A stretch of DNA of 64,000 nt from the human T2T-CHM13v2.0 reference genome, Homo sapiens (GCF_009914755.1 NC_060928.1), one strand, 5' to 3'. Shown: positions 1 through 23,683, counted from the first letter of the stretch. The notes: a model not told the origin generated them from the sequence alone. Translations and numbers: made by a program.

Positions 1-154
1 TCGTGGGAGGAAAAGGAAGCCAAATCATGTTAGCAGGGCCAAGTGACATGGTTAGATTTGCCTTTTGAAAACTTTCTCTTTGTTTGTTATAGAGAACGAA
101 TTAGATGTGGTTGGGGTAATGGTGAAATGGAGCCGACTTGGGAGAGCCAATTTG

Positions 155-309
155 ATAGCAGTTCTCCCCAGCTCTAGATTCAGTGATTTCACAGTGAAAG
201 TTTGAAATCAGCCATGGTGGGTGTATTTACATCATAGCATTGGGAAATTCTATAAATGAGGACTTTCCTCCTCCCCTGGAGAGCTAGTTAAATATTTATC
301 AGCACATTA
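155..309. mobile_element. MER63-like hAT DNA transposon fragment
   Basis: Motifs TTTGAAATCAGCCATGGTGGG..TATTTAC and terminal AAATATTTATCAGCACA resemble recalled MER63; boundaries approximate. Confidence 0.55.
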
Positions 310-1646
310 GTAAATGGAGGATAGACTGAGTGGCTACAGTGAGAACATTTAGGTGATTGCTGATAGTAGCTTGCACTAGGTTGCTGGCATTGGGAGTGGA
401 GAAATGTGAAAAGAGAACTGTGTCAATATGTATTTATGAACCTTGGCAAGTTAAATATAGTTATTAAACTAATAACTTATAATACATTACTAAGTATTTG
501 CAATAAGGATGAAAATGAGAAATTATCTTTATTACTAATTGTAATTATGTTAAATATATAATATTGTGGAAATCCTAACATGTTATCTTGAATTAGTAAT
601 AGTTTAATGAATGGAGAGTCATGATATTCTTTTAATTTATGTTGAGTATTATATCAGTTGAACTATAAGTGTAACATGCACACACACACACACATAAATG
701 CACTTTGCATAAAATTCCTGTCTGAATCATTGTCATTGATTTTCACTGAAAATGTCCACAATATAAGTAAATTCCACTTAGGTTCTTATGTAAATTCTTA
801 TGATTCTTTACTAACAATTTTCCTTCATTTACCCTCCATCACTTCGTGCCTTCAAATTCTTCCATTTAAAAAATTCAATACTGAGGCATGGCTAGGATAA
901 ATATCAGGATAATACTATGATTAGGAAACAGCCTTCTTCCTCATGCAGGCATTCAAAAGAAACGGCTAGTGTTTCATGATTTTGGTCAATTCAAGGGTGG
1001 AAGCAGCATCTGAGGAGATCAGTGAGGAGATAAGATTTCCATGGTGAAAGCTGTTGCCTAAATATAGGTCTCTTCCACAGCTTTTGGAGGAAGTTAGGGA
1101 TGGGAGGAGAAACTTTCTAACCTCAAGTCTATAGTGGATTTTCAGAAGAATCATTCAGTGCTTCAAATGTGTTCTCTGCAGTTGGAAGCACAAGGGACAG
1201 ATGTGGATTCATGCCTGAGAAACTTAAGCAGACTGCCCAGAAAACCTCGAGGGTGAAAAATCGCTGGCCAGCTGTGAAAGCAGCACCATCTAGGACTCTA
1301 GAGTTAGTCAGGGAGGCTGTAGTGTTTTTGTGAATTATCTGGAGGATGAGGATACCCCCATAAAGAGGGGCAAAGGACTCTCATGCACCCATGACTAGGG
1401 AACTACAGAATACTGGCCCAGAAGGAGACCTTTGAAAAGATCACTTGTGGGCCAATTTGCTAGTCTCTAAAGCCAATTAAATCTCCTTAAAGCTCCTCTG
1501 ACCGAGTACCACTACCCGCTACCTTTCACCCTGGTAGCAGGAATGCATTAGCTGTACCACTGAGGAAGTTTAATCTTCAGGGGTCAGCTTTACAATGGGC
1601 CCCACATAAAGCCCTAGAAGCAATCCTGGAAATTTTTCCTTCTTTT

Positions 1647-1649
<3 letters not shown>

Positions 1650-1684
<35 letters not shown>

Positions 1685-1709
1685 TGTGTGTGGGTGTGTG
1701 TGTATGTGT
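1650..1709. repeat. Imperfect (TG)n microsatellite
   Basis: Directly visible TG run with three interruptions. Confidence 0.95.
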
Positions 1710-4159
1710 TTTGAGATCCCTCCAGATTTCATAAACTTCAGGGCTCACATAACCTGGATTTATCCCTTTGTACCATCGCCTTTAGATCTGGGCACTCAGG
1801 ATTCTTGCCTTAGGCCCTGCATGTGAGAGAACTGTGTCACATCCCTTCTCCAGCTGCTCCGCCTTACATAAGATGCATTTCCTGAAAGCCAACAGCTCCC
1901 ACCACTAGGAGACTATGCCTTCACCACTCACTCTGTCCAGAAATCGCTGCTCAAATGGCCCTAGGTCCTACCCTCTGGAGGACCACATAACGCACAACCC
2001 ATGGGCTGCGGAGGAACAGTCAATCACTGGTAGTGGTGGACAGAGCTTAGAGGGTCGGTGGGGGCATTCACCTTTCTGACTGCCAGGCCTTGGTGGAAAG
2101 GCAGCCGGCTAGATGTTTTGTCAACTATGCTGTATTACTGGTACCTTGTGAAAGGACTGATTGCCATCAATCTTCTGTATTTTTTTTTATCATCTCTATT
2201 CAACCTTTTGGAAAGATATGAGCTCATTATTCGCTGGTTTATATATATTGAAAAAAACTAAAGAAGGTTTTCAAACGTCAAGAACCAATAGATTTTAATA
2301 TGAAAAATAAGAATGTTTAAAAATTCCCAGAGAAACTGCTGCCCTTGATTGACAGTGTTGTTATTTTATCTCTCTGCTGTTTATTGCTCCTTAGTGAGTC
2401 ATAATATTTGGTCCCTTGTGCAGTTACCCTGTCAAGGCAAGAAATCCTATTGTAACGTTTGCATCTAGTTTGACAACCCTTCTTTGTACATTGAGCACAC
2501 AAATGCTATTTTTCAGATAAGTTGGGACAACCCGATAATATGACTGAAGTGTTTTAGCTCACCAGTGCAGTACAGTTATCACTGTACTCTTTATAGAGTA
2601 CTATAAATACAGATTTGTCAGATCACTGAAAAAGATTGCAGGTGCATCACCATTGTTTTGAAAGTAGCTCTTATGTGTGCAGAAAAAGCATGGTGCCAAC
2701 TTTCAATTCCCCGTGCTAACCTCATCCCATGAAAAAAATCGATTTGCAAATATATAAGATATTTTATTTGAATGTGTTCTATAATTTAGGTTTTAGTATA
2801 AGTCTTCTAGTAATACTATAAATAAATGCTATATAATCCAATATTGATTTTCTACTTTTCCCCTTCCAGGGGAGACTGACTAGCAGAAAAAGCAGAAACT
2901 TTGAAATCTGAAACATCTCATCTCTATTTGGCAGTTAGATGACATGGAGCAAGGAGCGGGTACTACTGTTATTGAAGTCAAGTATTCTTATATATATAAT
3001 AAAGACAATAGCACCTGCTTTGTAAGGTCATTGTGAAAGTATTCAATTTTCAAAGTAAAGCAGGTAGAATCATGCTGGGCACCAAGAGGAAGCACAATAA
3101 AAATTACCAGATTTAATATCTCTTGAATGAGGAAGTTGGGCATAAGAATAAGGGATTGGATCTCTAAGAATACATAATGTTCTGTGGCATTTATGCTTTT
3201 AGATATTTCCTCAAATTTGCCTATTCACAATATGTGATTATTTGCCCATTTTTAAAAGAAAGTATTATCTTTTTTTTCCTCTGGTATATTAAGCCCTTTT
3301 ACAACAAATGTTTCCTGGTTTTTTTTTTATCTTCTATTTTACTTAGAATAGCAATAACTAGTAGGTACTCAAAAAATACCTGAGAATTGGTTAATTTTTA
3401 TTTACTTTTGAGGTAAAACACATTTTCTTTTATTTCGAAGGTAGAACCAACCATGATAGTTGTCCAACATTATCAAATTTTTAAAAATTAGATATGAATA
3501 GAGCATATTTACTGTTAATATTTTAATATTAACATATTTAACATTTGAATAATTAATATTGAAAATATCACAGGGAATTAAAACAGCAATTTTGTCATCA
3601 GTATTGAAAAGAAAGATCTGAAAACTTGAAGTCTAGAAACCTGATTGCCAGCCCTGGAAAAGTGCTATGTTTTGCTGCATGCTAATTCTCTTAACTGTGA
3701 AACAAACATTAGCAACACAGTGAAATTCTAATGAGCAAAAGTCTGGGAATGCCTGTTGTAAAATGTGAAGTAGCATACCTTACTTCTTTGTTTTATAGGG
3801 GTATCTAAAATAAACATTCATTAATATTTTTAATTCTTTGAGTTAAAGGGTTCCCCTGATTGATGGAAAAATCAAAGTACTTGTAGACAGATTGATTCCT
3901 GTCTGTTTCTATAATATTTGAACACCTCTATTATAGTACTCATTAGACAGAATTACAATTGCCTATATTCTTCATTCTCTCTCACTAGATATTAAAGACA
4001 GGTATTTTTTGAAGGACAGATGTTTCTATCATTTTCTTTTTGAAATATTGTGTGTGTAGGATGAAATTTTACATTGTAAGCATAATTACGTGTTGAATAT
4101 ATAAATTAGGGTTGTAAACTATTGTTTAAATCTAGTCTTTAAAATAATAAATTGGTTTA

Positions 4160-4670
<511 letters not shown>

Positions 4671-5226
4671 TGTACTTTCTTTTAAATTACTTTAATTACT
4701 AAATTTAGAATCTGACACACTGTGAAATCATTCTTTTTTTTTTCAAATGCAGTTCTTTTTGTAGTCTTTTGTAATCTAAAAAATATGAATGTCATTATAA
4801 GCAAATAATGCTTAAGATGATTAGCATTTATAAATCAACATAATATAAAGGAAGAATATAAGTAACAAAATTCTTCACTGATGATTATCACAATCAGTAC
4901 CTCTTCATTTATGTGTATGTTTTTCTCTCAAATGAGCCAGGAGGAAAACTTTTTTTCATGCTTCTGTTCTACTTAGTGTCATTAGTGTCATTATTCATTT
5001 TACTAGCTATTTCTTTTTCGTCTTTTTATACTTTAAGTTTTAGGGTACATGTGCACAATGTGCAGGTTTGTTACATATATACATGTGCCATGTTGGTGTG
5101 CTGCACCCATTAACTCATCATTTACATTAGGTATATCTCCTAATGCTATCCCTCCCCGCTCCCCCCACCCCACAACAGGCCCTGGTGAGTAATGTTCCCC
5201 TTCCTCTGTCCATGTGTACTCATTGA

Positions 5227-9073
<3,847 letters not shown>

Positions 9074-9109
9074 TTAGTTGATGCAGTTTCTTCCTAGCCT
9101 TGATGGTCT

Positions 9110-10125
9110 TTACAATTTAGCATGTTTTTGCAGTGGCTGGTACCGGTTGTTCCTTTCCATGTTTAGTGCTTCCTTCAGGAGGTCTTTCAGGGCAGGCCTG
9201 GTGGTGACAGAATCTCTCAGCATTTGCTTGTCTGTAAAGTATTTTATTTCTCCTTCACTTATGAAGCTTAGTTTGGCTGGATATGAAATTCTGAGTTGAA
9301 AATTCTTTTCTTTAAGAATGTTGAATATTGGCCCCCACTCTCTTCTGGCTTGTAGAGTTTCTGCTGAGAGATCAGCTGTTAGTGTGATGGGCTTCCCTTT
9401 GTGGATAACCCAACCTTTCTCTCTGGCTGCCCTTAACATTTTTTCCTTCATTTCAACATTGGTGAATCTGACAATTATGTATCTTGGAGTTGCTCTTCTT
9501 GTGGAGTATCTTTGTGGCATTCTCTGTATTCACTGAATGTGAATGTTGGCCTGCCTTGCTAGATTGGGGAAGTTGTCCTGGATAATATCCTGCAGAGTGT
9601 TTTCCAACTTGGTTCCATTCTCCCCATCACTTTCAGGTACACCAATTAGACGTAGATTTGGTCTTTTCACATAGTCACATATTTCTTGGAGGCTTTGTTC
9701 GTTTCTTTTTATTCTTTTTTCTCTAAACTTCTCTTCACGCTTCATTTCATTCATTTCATCTTCCATCACTGGTACCCTTTCTTCCAGTTGATCGCATCGG
9801 TTACTGAGGCTTGTGCATTCATCACGTAGTTCTCGTGCGTGGTTTTTGGCTCCATGAGGTCCTTTAAGGACTTCTCTGTGTTTGTTATTCTAGTTATCCA
9901 TTCATCTAATTTTTTTTCAAAGTTTTTAACTTATTTGCCATTGGTTCGAACTTCCTCCTTTAGCTCGGAGTAGTTTGATCTTCTGAAGCCTTGTTCTCTC
10001 AACTCATCAAAGTCATTCTCCATCCAGCTTTATTCCATTGCTGGTGAGGAGCTGTGTTCCTTTGGAGGAGGAGAGGTGCTTTGATTTTTAGAGTTTCTGG
10101 TTTTTCTGCTCTGTTTTTTCCCCAT
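9110..10125 (-). pseudogene. L1 ORF1, disrupted
   Basis: ATG at 10125 (MGKKQ), YVKRPNLRLIGVPE, ARREW, YPAKLS; premature stop and frameshift near 9530. Confidence 0.93.
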
Positions 10126-11163
10126 CTTTGTGGTTTTATCTACTTTTGGTCTTTGATGATGGTGACATACAGACGGGTTTTTGGTGTGGATGTCCTTTCT
10201 GTTTGTTAGTTTTCCTTCTAACAGTCAGGACCCTCAGCTGCAGGTCTGTTGGAGTTTACTGGAGGTCCACTCCAGACCCTGTTTGCCTGGGTATCAGCAG
10301 CGGTGGCTGCAGAACAGTGGATATTGGTGAACCGCAAATGCTGCTCCCTGATGGTTCCTCTGGAAGTTTTGTCTCAGAGGAGTACCTGGCCGGCTGTGTG
10401 ATATGTCAATCTGCCCCTACTGGGGGGTTCCTCCCAGTTAGGCTACTCGGGGGTTAGGGACCCTCTTGAGGAGACAGTCTGCTCATTCTCAGATCTCAAG
10501 CTGTGTGCTGGGAGAACCACTACTCTCTTGAAAGCTGTCAGACAGGGACATTTAAGTCTGCAGAGGTTATTGCTGTCTTTTGTTTGTCTGTGCCCAGCCC
10601 CTAGAGGTGGAGGCTATGGGGCAGGCAGGCCTCCTTGAGCTGTGGTGGGCTCCATCCAGTTCGAGCTTCCCAGCCACTTTGTTTACCTGCTCTAGCCTGA
10701 GCAATGGCGGGCGCCCCTCCCCCAGCCTTGCTGCCACCTTGCAGTTTGATCTCAGACTGCTGTGCTAGCAATGAGCGAGGCTCTGTGGGCGTAGGACCCT
10801 CTGAGCCAGTTGCGGGATATAATCTCCTGGTGTGCCCTTTGTTAAGCCCGTTGGAAGAGCGCAGTATTAGGGTGGGAGTGACCCAATTTTCCAGGTGCTG
10901 TCTGTCACCCGTTTCTTTGACTAGGAAAGTGAATTCCCTGACCCGTTGCACTTCCCAGGTGAGTCGATGCCTCGCTCTGCTTCGGTTCACGCACGGTGCG
11001 CTGCACCCACTGTCCTGCACCCACTGTCTGGCACTCCCCCGTGAGATGAACCTGGTACCTCACTTGGAAATGCAGAAATCAACTGTATTCTGTGTCACTC
11101 ACGCTGGGAGCTGCAGACTGGAGCTGTTCCTATTCGGCCATCTTGGCTCCACCCCCCCCCCCC
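10126..11163 (-). promoter_or_regulatory. L1 5'UTR with internal sense promoter, antisense promoter region and YY1 site
   Basis: Complete 5'UTR; intact YY1 motif (CGGCCATCTTGGC on plus strand) at 11135-11147. Confidence 0.8.
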
Positions 11164-11219
11164 AATTTAACTTTTATTTAAAGTTTAGGGGTACATGTGC
11201 AGTTTTGTTATGTAGGTAA
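10704..11219 (+). CDS. ORF0: L1 antisense ORF0 homolog, open and extended to 171 aa (expression unknown)
   Basis: MAGAPPPALLPPCSLISDCCASN..GVGPSEP..IRVGVT matches primate L1 ORF0; start context GCAATGG. Confidence 0.55.
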   Translation: MAGAPPPALLPPCSLISDCCASNERGSVGVGPSEPVAGYNLLVCPLLSPLEERSIRVGVTQFSRCCLSPVSLTRKVNSLTRCTSQVSRCLALLRFTHGALHPLSCTHCLALPREMNLVPHLEMQKSTVFCVTHAGSCRLELFLFGHLGSTPPPQFNFYLKFRGTCAVLLCR

Positions 11220-11554
11220 ACATATACCATATACCTATGTGTCATGGGGGTTTGTGATACAGGTTATTTCATCACCCAGGTATTAAGCCTAGTACTCATT
11301 AGTGATTTTTCCTGATCCTTTCCTTTCTTCCACCCTCCAGTCTCTGATAAGCCCCAGTGTGTGTTGTTCCCCTCTATGTATCCATGTGTTCTTATCATTT
11401 AGTTCCCACTTGTAAGGGAGAAAATACAGTATGTGGTTTTCTGATCCTCTGTTAGTTTGCTAAGGATAATTATCTCCAGCTCCATGCACATTCCTGCAAA
11501 AGACATGATGTTTTTATTTTTTGTTTTGTTTTGTTTTTTTAATGGCTACGTATA
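11164..11554 (-). mobile_element. Older L1 3' fragment (L1PA13-16-like)
   Basis: GGGGTACATGTGCAG..ATTTCATCACCCAGGTATTAAGCCTAGTAC 3'UTR type. Confidence 0.85.
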
Positions 11555-12523
11555 TACTGGCTAACTTCTATTCATCTTTTGTTTTGAAAAGTCACTTCTT
11601 CAACTCAGAGGACTCTGTCATGTGGTCTACATTCTGCAAATTTCTTTTACCTTATTTACCACAGAAACAAATATGGAACCTAATCAACAATTGTAGATGT
11701 TCACAAATCAGAGGTCCTTTATTGTTTCACTTTTCCTTGATAGTCAAATAAAACATTCATGGGCTTTGATTCCAAGAACTGTGTTAAGTACAGTGGTCCC
11801 CACTCCCACCCCTCAATCTAGGAAAATTATAATCAATTCTTTTCCTCCTGGTTGCATCTTTTCCCAATATTCTCTTTTGCTTAAATTCTTGATCTATCTG
11901 GACTATTTTTTAACCTCTTATGTATAGGTTCCATGACATTATTGTCCTTAAGTTCCATTAAAGTCCTGACATGGACTGCTTCTCTCTTGCTATAATTTTC
12001 CTCAGTCTTCTATCAGGACCCTTCTTCACTTTTCTACATTTACCCCTTGAGTGCCTCATAGTCACTTCAAAGTTGCTACTTGAAAACACATTGTGGCAAG
12101 TAGTGGTGGTTGTCTACACAGTTTTCAGCTTTCTTGAAGTAAATGCTTTCTGTTTTGGGATCAGCAATGCACTTGCCACAGGTGATGAATCATGTCTGGT
12201 CTAAAACTTCACTAGTCATGAAAACCTCATTTCTACTTTCTAGGTTTTTGTCTTCAGGTGGGTATCTGAGTCAGTTATGGACAAAGAGACATAATAGGAA
12301 GTCAGCCAAGGGCTTCCAAGAAATATTTTCCTCTTGATACATAGATAAAAACTGCTTTTTTTGCCTCGTTCTCTCCCTTATGATTTGGGTTTTGTCTATG
12401 AAGACTGTATAATTGGGCCTAGAGCACCAATCTTGAGACTGGAAGACTGCATGTATTGAAGTAAACAGTAAGCTGAAAAGAAAGCCAGTCCAACTTTTAG
12501 CTACTAGACTTTATGCTAGCTAA

Positions 12524-12844
<321 letters not shown>

Positions 12845-13277
12845 GTCTCTATTTTTTAATACCTCTTTACAGGATATTCTGTTATGTAATAATCAACACA
12901 GCCAGAATTCCTGCTTATTTTCTTGAACAGAGCAACTTAACTTTTGTTTTTAGTTGTCTGACTTAGATCATGCACAGAAGGTCATCTCATTAAGCAACAG
13001 AATATATATGTCACTTTGAGACAATCATAAGTGCACTTCCCTGACAATTTTAATGTACAGTAGTCATTTTATCTCTCTGTACATAATATTCCTTTCTATC
13101 ATATACTTGTTTGTTCAGTATTTATCATATAGGTTTTCAAATTTGATGAAAGCAGGGATTGTTCCCCTTATGCATGGGTGCGTTTGCAGGTCTTTGCACA
13201 ACACCAGATTCTAAAAGGGCCTCAATAAGCATGTATGGAATAAACAGCTGAAAGAATGAATATTTAATCTAGTGTTT

Positions 13278-13572
13278 CTTTGTTTGTTTGTTTGTTTGAC
13301 ACGAAGTCTTGTTCTGTCACTAGGCTGGAGTGCAGTGGCACAATCTCGGCTCACTGCAACCTGCGCCTCTGGGTTCAAGCGATTCTGCCTCAGCCTCTGG
13401 AGTAGCTGAAACTACAGGCACAAGCCACTATGCCCGGCTAATTTTTGTATTTTTAGTAGAGATGGAGTTTCACCATGTTGGCCAGGCTGTTCTCCATCTC
13501 TTGACCTAGTGATCTGCCCACCTTGGCTTCCCAAAGTGCTGTGATTACAGGCATGAGCCACCGCACCTGGCT
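13278..13572 (-). mobile_element. AluSc-like
   Basis: Alu dimer, (TTTG)n tail, TSD TAATCTAGTGTTT. Confidence 0.93.
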
Positions 13573-13781
13573 TAATCTAGTGTTTTAATGAGTTGCAGTG
13601 GAGAAGTCAACACTTAGTAGATTGTCTTCTTATAAGGATTGCCATTTGAACAGTCTTGAATGTTCAGAATAGTTCATAACCCAGAAGAAATGGGGAAAAT
13701 TAGACCTTCAGAGATAGCATGTTCCCTGTTCCTGATTCATCAATTGTGAGGAAATTTAAAATGAGTGTCTGGACTACATGA

Positions 13782-14120
<339 letters not shown>

Positions 14121-15150
14121 ACGTCCTCTCTATTTTAATATATTTCAATCAAGAAAGCCTCATACATCTAAAGATAATATGTATTAATAAAAGCCCTCTA
14201 AGTATGAATCTAGTAAATGTGGAGACCAAAATTGCATAAGAAATAATGAGAAAAGGTTTAAATGGTGGGAAATGAGACAACATGAAAATAATTTGTTTAG
14301 CCTTACATTTTACAAAACTTAGGGTATAATTGCAATGTTTGAAAGGTACAAAATAGAATGCTCGCTCTGAACATATGACATCTGTCACTTCAATTGTATA
14401 TAATGATGTTAAAGAGGGTAATTTTCATAAGATTATACAAGGATATTGTTGATTTTCCCTGAAGTCTTTTAGAACCATCAATTAATGTAACAATTATATT
14501 TTTAAGCACCTTGTGCAGAGGAGAGGGATAGGCATGTCAGGAGAGGTTTGAGGAGGGATTAATTTTGTAGGTAGTCAGTTCACTAGTGAATATTTTATTG
14601 TATGGAAAATTTTACTTCTCTACACAGAATCATAAATATAACAACTTGGATAATACATACCAGAATAATGAGACTGCCTTGTACTTTACTGAGTTTGGGA
14701 TTAATAATTAATACTATGGGTAGACAGTTTTCCAAATTCATGATTAAGTTTTCTCTGATAACAAAAGCCATTTTTCAACTTTTATTTCTTTCAAGAAGCA
14801 TACCCTTGATTAATGTTTCAGTATATCCTACAGGGTCATTAACACCAGTGTACCAGAGGAAGATGAAGAGAAAATATTTCTGCATAGAGAAATGGTATAT
14901 GACCTCAAGTATTAAAAATGAATTCTAGTATCTTAGATACCAATCTTATAAGTGAAAATCCTCTTTTGAGCTGCAAAAGAGAACTAGTGTGCTATTTTAA
15001 GATATACCCCTTTAAAACAGTTTTAGGGAGTATATAGGACTGGGGTAAAGAACAGAGTCTTGGGAGTCAGCATTCTTATATCAATTGAGTTTGCTAATCT
15101 TGGGCAAAGAGGGAAATTATTAATAGGTAGTACGTCACTTCTAAATTCTT

Positions 15151-20160
<5,010 letters not shown>

Positions 20161-22329
20161 AAATTCTTGTTCTATCTCATGAGAGTTTGGTCACCTTTGA
20201 AATTTGAACAAACTACAAAATTTCTTTGAATCTCAGGGATTTATCCTTTTGGAAATTTATGCCCAGTTTGTAGACTTCATTAGAGGGATAAAAACAAATG
20301 TCTGCAACGTATCTGGTATAGTTGGTGCTCAGTAATTTTATTGAAGACTACCTATTTTTTGCAAATAAAAGTTAAAATAAAATTCTATTACTAAATCAAC
20401 TCCCTATACCCTAACACCTATGGTCCTAAGTCCAACATATACACTTTTACAACAGTTCACGCCATAGACAGGAAATGGATATCCTGGGGTAGATTTTTTT
20501 TTTCCTTCAAAATACTAGTCTTTTTCAGCTCCTCGTACAGCTTTGTTGATGCCTATATCCCTTGTTTTGGTTACTGACCCTGGGTCTCCTTGCCTGGGCA
20601 CCTGATTTCTGTAGCTTCTGTTCATTCACATTCATTTCAGATGCTCTTATAATTTCTAGTTCCTAATCTTAATCTAGCTTCAACATTGCCCTGCTTGCAA
20701 ATTTACTACCTTTTAAAATGACTTGAATCTTCTCTATTTTCACAGTTCTTGTCTATTTTTTCCCTGTAACAGTTTGTATGAACACTAATGTGGTGTTCAA
20801 CCCTCCCTTTCAATTTTAGAGAATTGGATTCTATATTGGAACGTCACTTAAATTTTTGAGTCCTCAAAACCAACCTTGTTGAAATGGTTAATAACTTTGT
20901 GAAGCATGTTGTGACTAGAGAATAGTGCTTTAAAAGCTATAAGGATTAGTGTTGTTATGAATTTGACATGCATTAACATGACCATTGTTAATGGACAGCT
21001 TGGTACTTAATCTCCCAGGTTGGTTAATTTATTTAGACTTTTGCCTACTTACTTTAGAAATGGATGTCTAGCCATCTGCTAGGCAATTACAGCTTAGCTG
21101 CATTGACATCTGCTTTCCTTCATTCTTATAGACGACTGGGTGCTTGAAAAGGCAAATATATAAATAACTTCTCCAAAATAAACAGTACTCTAAAATATAA
21201 TACAATTAATTACATTTGTGCTTAAAGATGCCCACTAATTTTTATATGGATACTTAAAGAAATTGCAAGTAATTATAATAGAAATGAACAATGATTTATA
21301 GATTATATCATAATGTCATTTATTTTTAGTGACAGTTCTGTGAATTATAGCAGAGATCATCATCTTCCATAAGGAGATATTAAGGATCCAATACATTAAA
21401 TAAGAGGCCCACATTTATACAGTTTGGGGTTCTAGATTATAAATAGATATTTCTATAATTATCAGGCCCCTGCAGCAATGCAATAGAATGGCAGGGAGGA
21501 GGAGGAGGAATAATCAAACCACTTTGCTTTTACCACAGAAAGACAGTCAGACATTAAAATGAATTAAAGTCAATTCATGTTTTTATTTAGCTCAGGAAAA
21601 GCATTCATTTAAATGACTTTTGCAAAAATCTTTTTATTATGGTTATTTGCTCAGAGTTTAAAATAAACAGAAACCTCTCAAAGAACAAACATTACTTATT
21701 TAATAGTGTAACTTTACCCGTACTGGGGAACATAATTTATTAATAGATAACATTGGTTCTGAGTGATTCAGCAAAACCACGATGGATGCCACTTGAAGTC
21801 ACAACAATTAAAGAAGCTTAACAGAATGGCCTCAGTTTCTATGGTGACAGTTACAGAACTATTCAGGGATAGCATGAAACACATAAAATATTGTGTTCTT
21901 TTCAGAAAATGATCTGTGACAGATTTATTTAAAAATAGAAAATAGAAAAAATTATACTCAAACTTATTTCACTCAATAACATCTGTATTTAGGAGTTAGA
22001 ATTTAATATAAATACATTCAGTATGGAGATTTGCCTCAGAGATTCACATGGAATTAAAACCAAAAAGTTTATCACCAGATTTCCTACATTTCACTGTTTA
22101 TAAAAGACAAGTAGGTTTTATTGTCTTAGAATTGATTTGTCCTCATAAACTAGGTGTGATTTCAATTTTTTCAGATATTTATGGAGTCTTCAGGTTAACA
22201 TTGAATGAATGTATTGTTTATTTTAGTTAAACACCTCTCAGTTTAATCAACTATGATTCATTCAATCAATATTTTCCTTTAAATAGATTGAAGGTAACTA
22301 AAGAAACCTTAAAGAAAATAAAAGTCATC

Positions 22330-22641
<312 letters not shown>

Positions 22642-22799
22642 AAAGGAAATAATAGTCATCAAATACATAGAAGGAAAGAGAGACCAAGATAAATCATTAT
22701 TTATTTGTTATGATTTCTAAGGTAACAATGTTGAAATGCTAATAATCAAAGTAACATTACAAAGTTATATTTTATTAAACAACAAACTTTTAACAACAG

Positions 22800-22975
22800 T
22801 ACTAGTCATCCACATTTTGCATGGTACCTTGTTAACTGAAAACCAGGCATATTGGAACCATGTCCTTGCTTTGATTTAATTTTAGTTACACAGAACCATG
22901 CAAAATGAGAACATAGTTCTGATACATATGAGTTTCAGTTAACATGGTACTATACAAAAAGAAGCCTGTTTGTAT
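22800..22975. mobile_element. Palindromic MITE-like DNA transposon (Tigger-type, family not assigned)
   Basis: About 59-bp imperfect inverted arms at 22815-22873 and 22901-22959. Confidence 0.6.
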
Positions 22976-23326
22976 TTACCTGTTAGATAATTCCTATATT
23001 ATGCTATGAAGACAAAGCAAGCCAGAACCATTCATCAGTATTAATATATATGGGGTGTATGGAGAGTATTTTGTTCTTTTTTTGTTATTACATCCTCCTC
23101 ATAACTAAGAATAAAAACACATGTTTACAATATATTTTAGCTACAGAATTTTTATAGTACATCTTAAACAATTTACTTTTACAAACTATTTAAACTTGTT
23201 GTTTTTAACCTTGCCAGATTCCACAAAAGAGAAGAAGTAGCTCAATGCAAACATATGTAACGTGATAATAACCTAGAAATTGAATAAAGAATATCAATAT
23301 AAAGCCAAAGAAGTACACTAATTACT

Positions 23327-23575
23327 GTATTTGTTATGCTTCACTAACGTTGCATAACAAACAGCTACACATCTCAATGGTCACTGGTCTTTGGAATAAC
23401 TGTGGTTCTGTTTTGCTTGTCTGGATTAAGCTAAAGAGATGTAACTTGGCTTTATCTAAAGGTGGGATTCAGGTCTAGTATACCTGTCTCCTAAATCTGG
23501 CATCAGCAGCTATTCAGGGAAGGTTCTTCTCATGAGGGAGTGCAGGAGGACAAGAGGGTGAGATGGAATCATGAA
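23327..23575. mobile_element. Old MLT1-like (ERVL-MaLR) LTR fragment
   Basis: TG start, GTTGCATAACAAACA.. and GTTCTTCTCATG motifs; highly diverged. Confidence 0.45.
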
Positions 23576-23582
23576 CAGTCTC

Positions 23583-23635
23583 TTTTTTTTTTTTTTGAGA
23601 TGGAGTTTCGCTCTTTTTGCCCAGGCTGGAGTGCA
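23583..23635 (-). mobile_element. Alu 3'-end stub
   Basis: Poly-T followed by GAGATGGAGTTTCGCTCT..CCCAGGCTGGAGTGCA, then abrupt end. Confidence 0.9.
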
Positions 23636-23683
23636 AGTTTTGATATACTTGCTATAATTGAGCCTTAATGTTTATTTTGGTTC

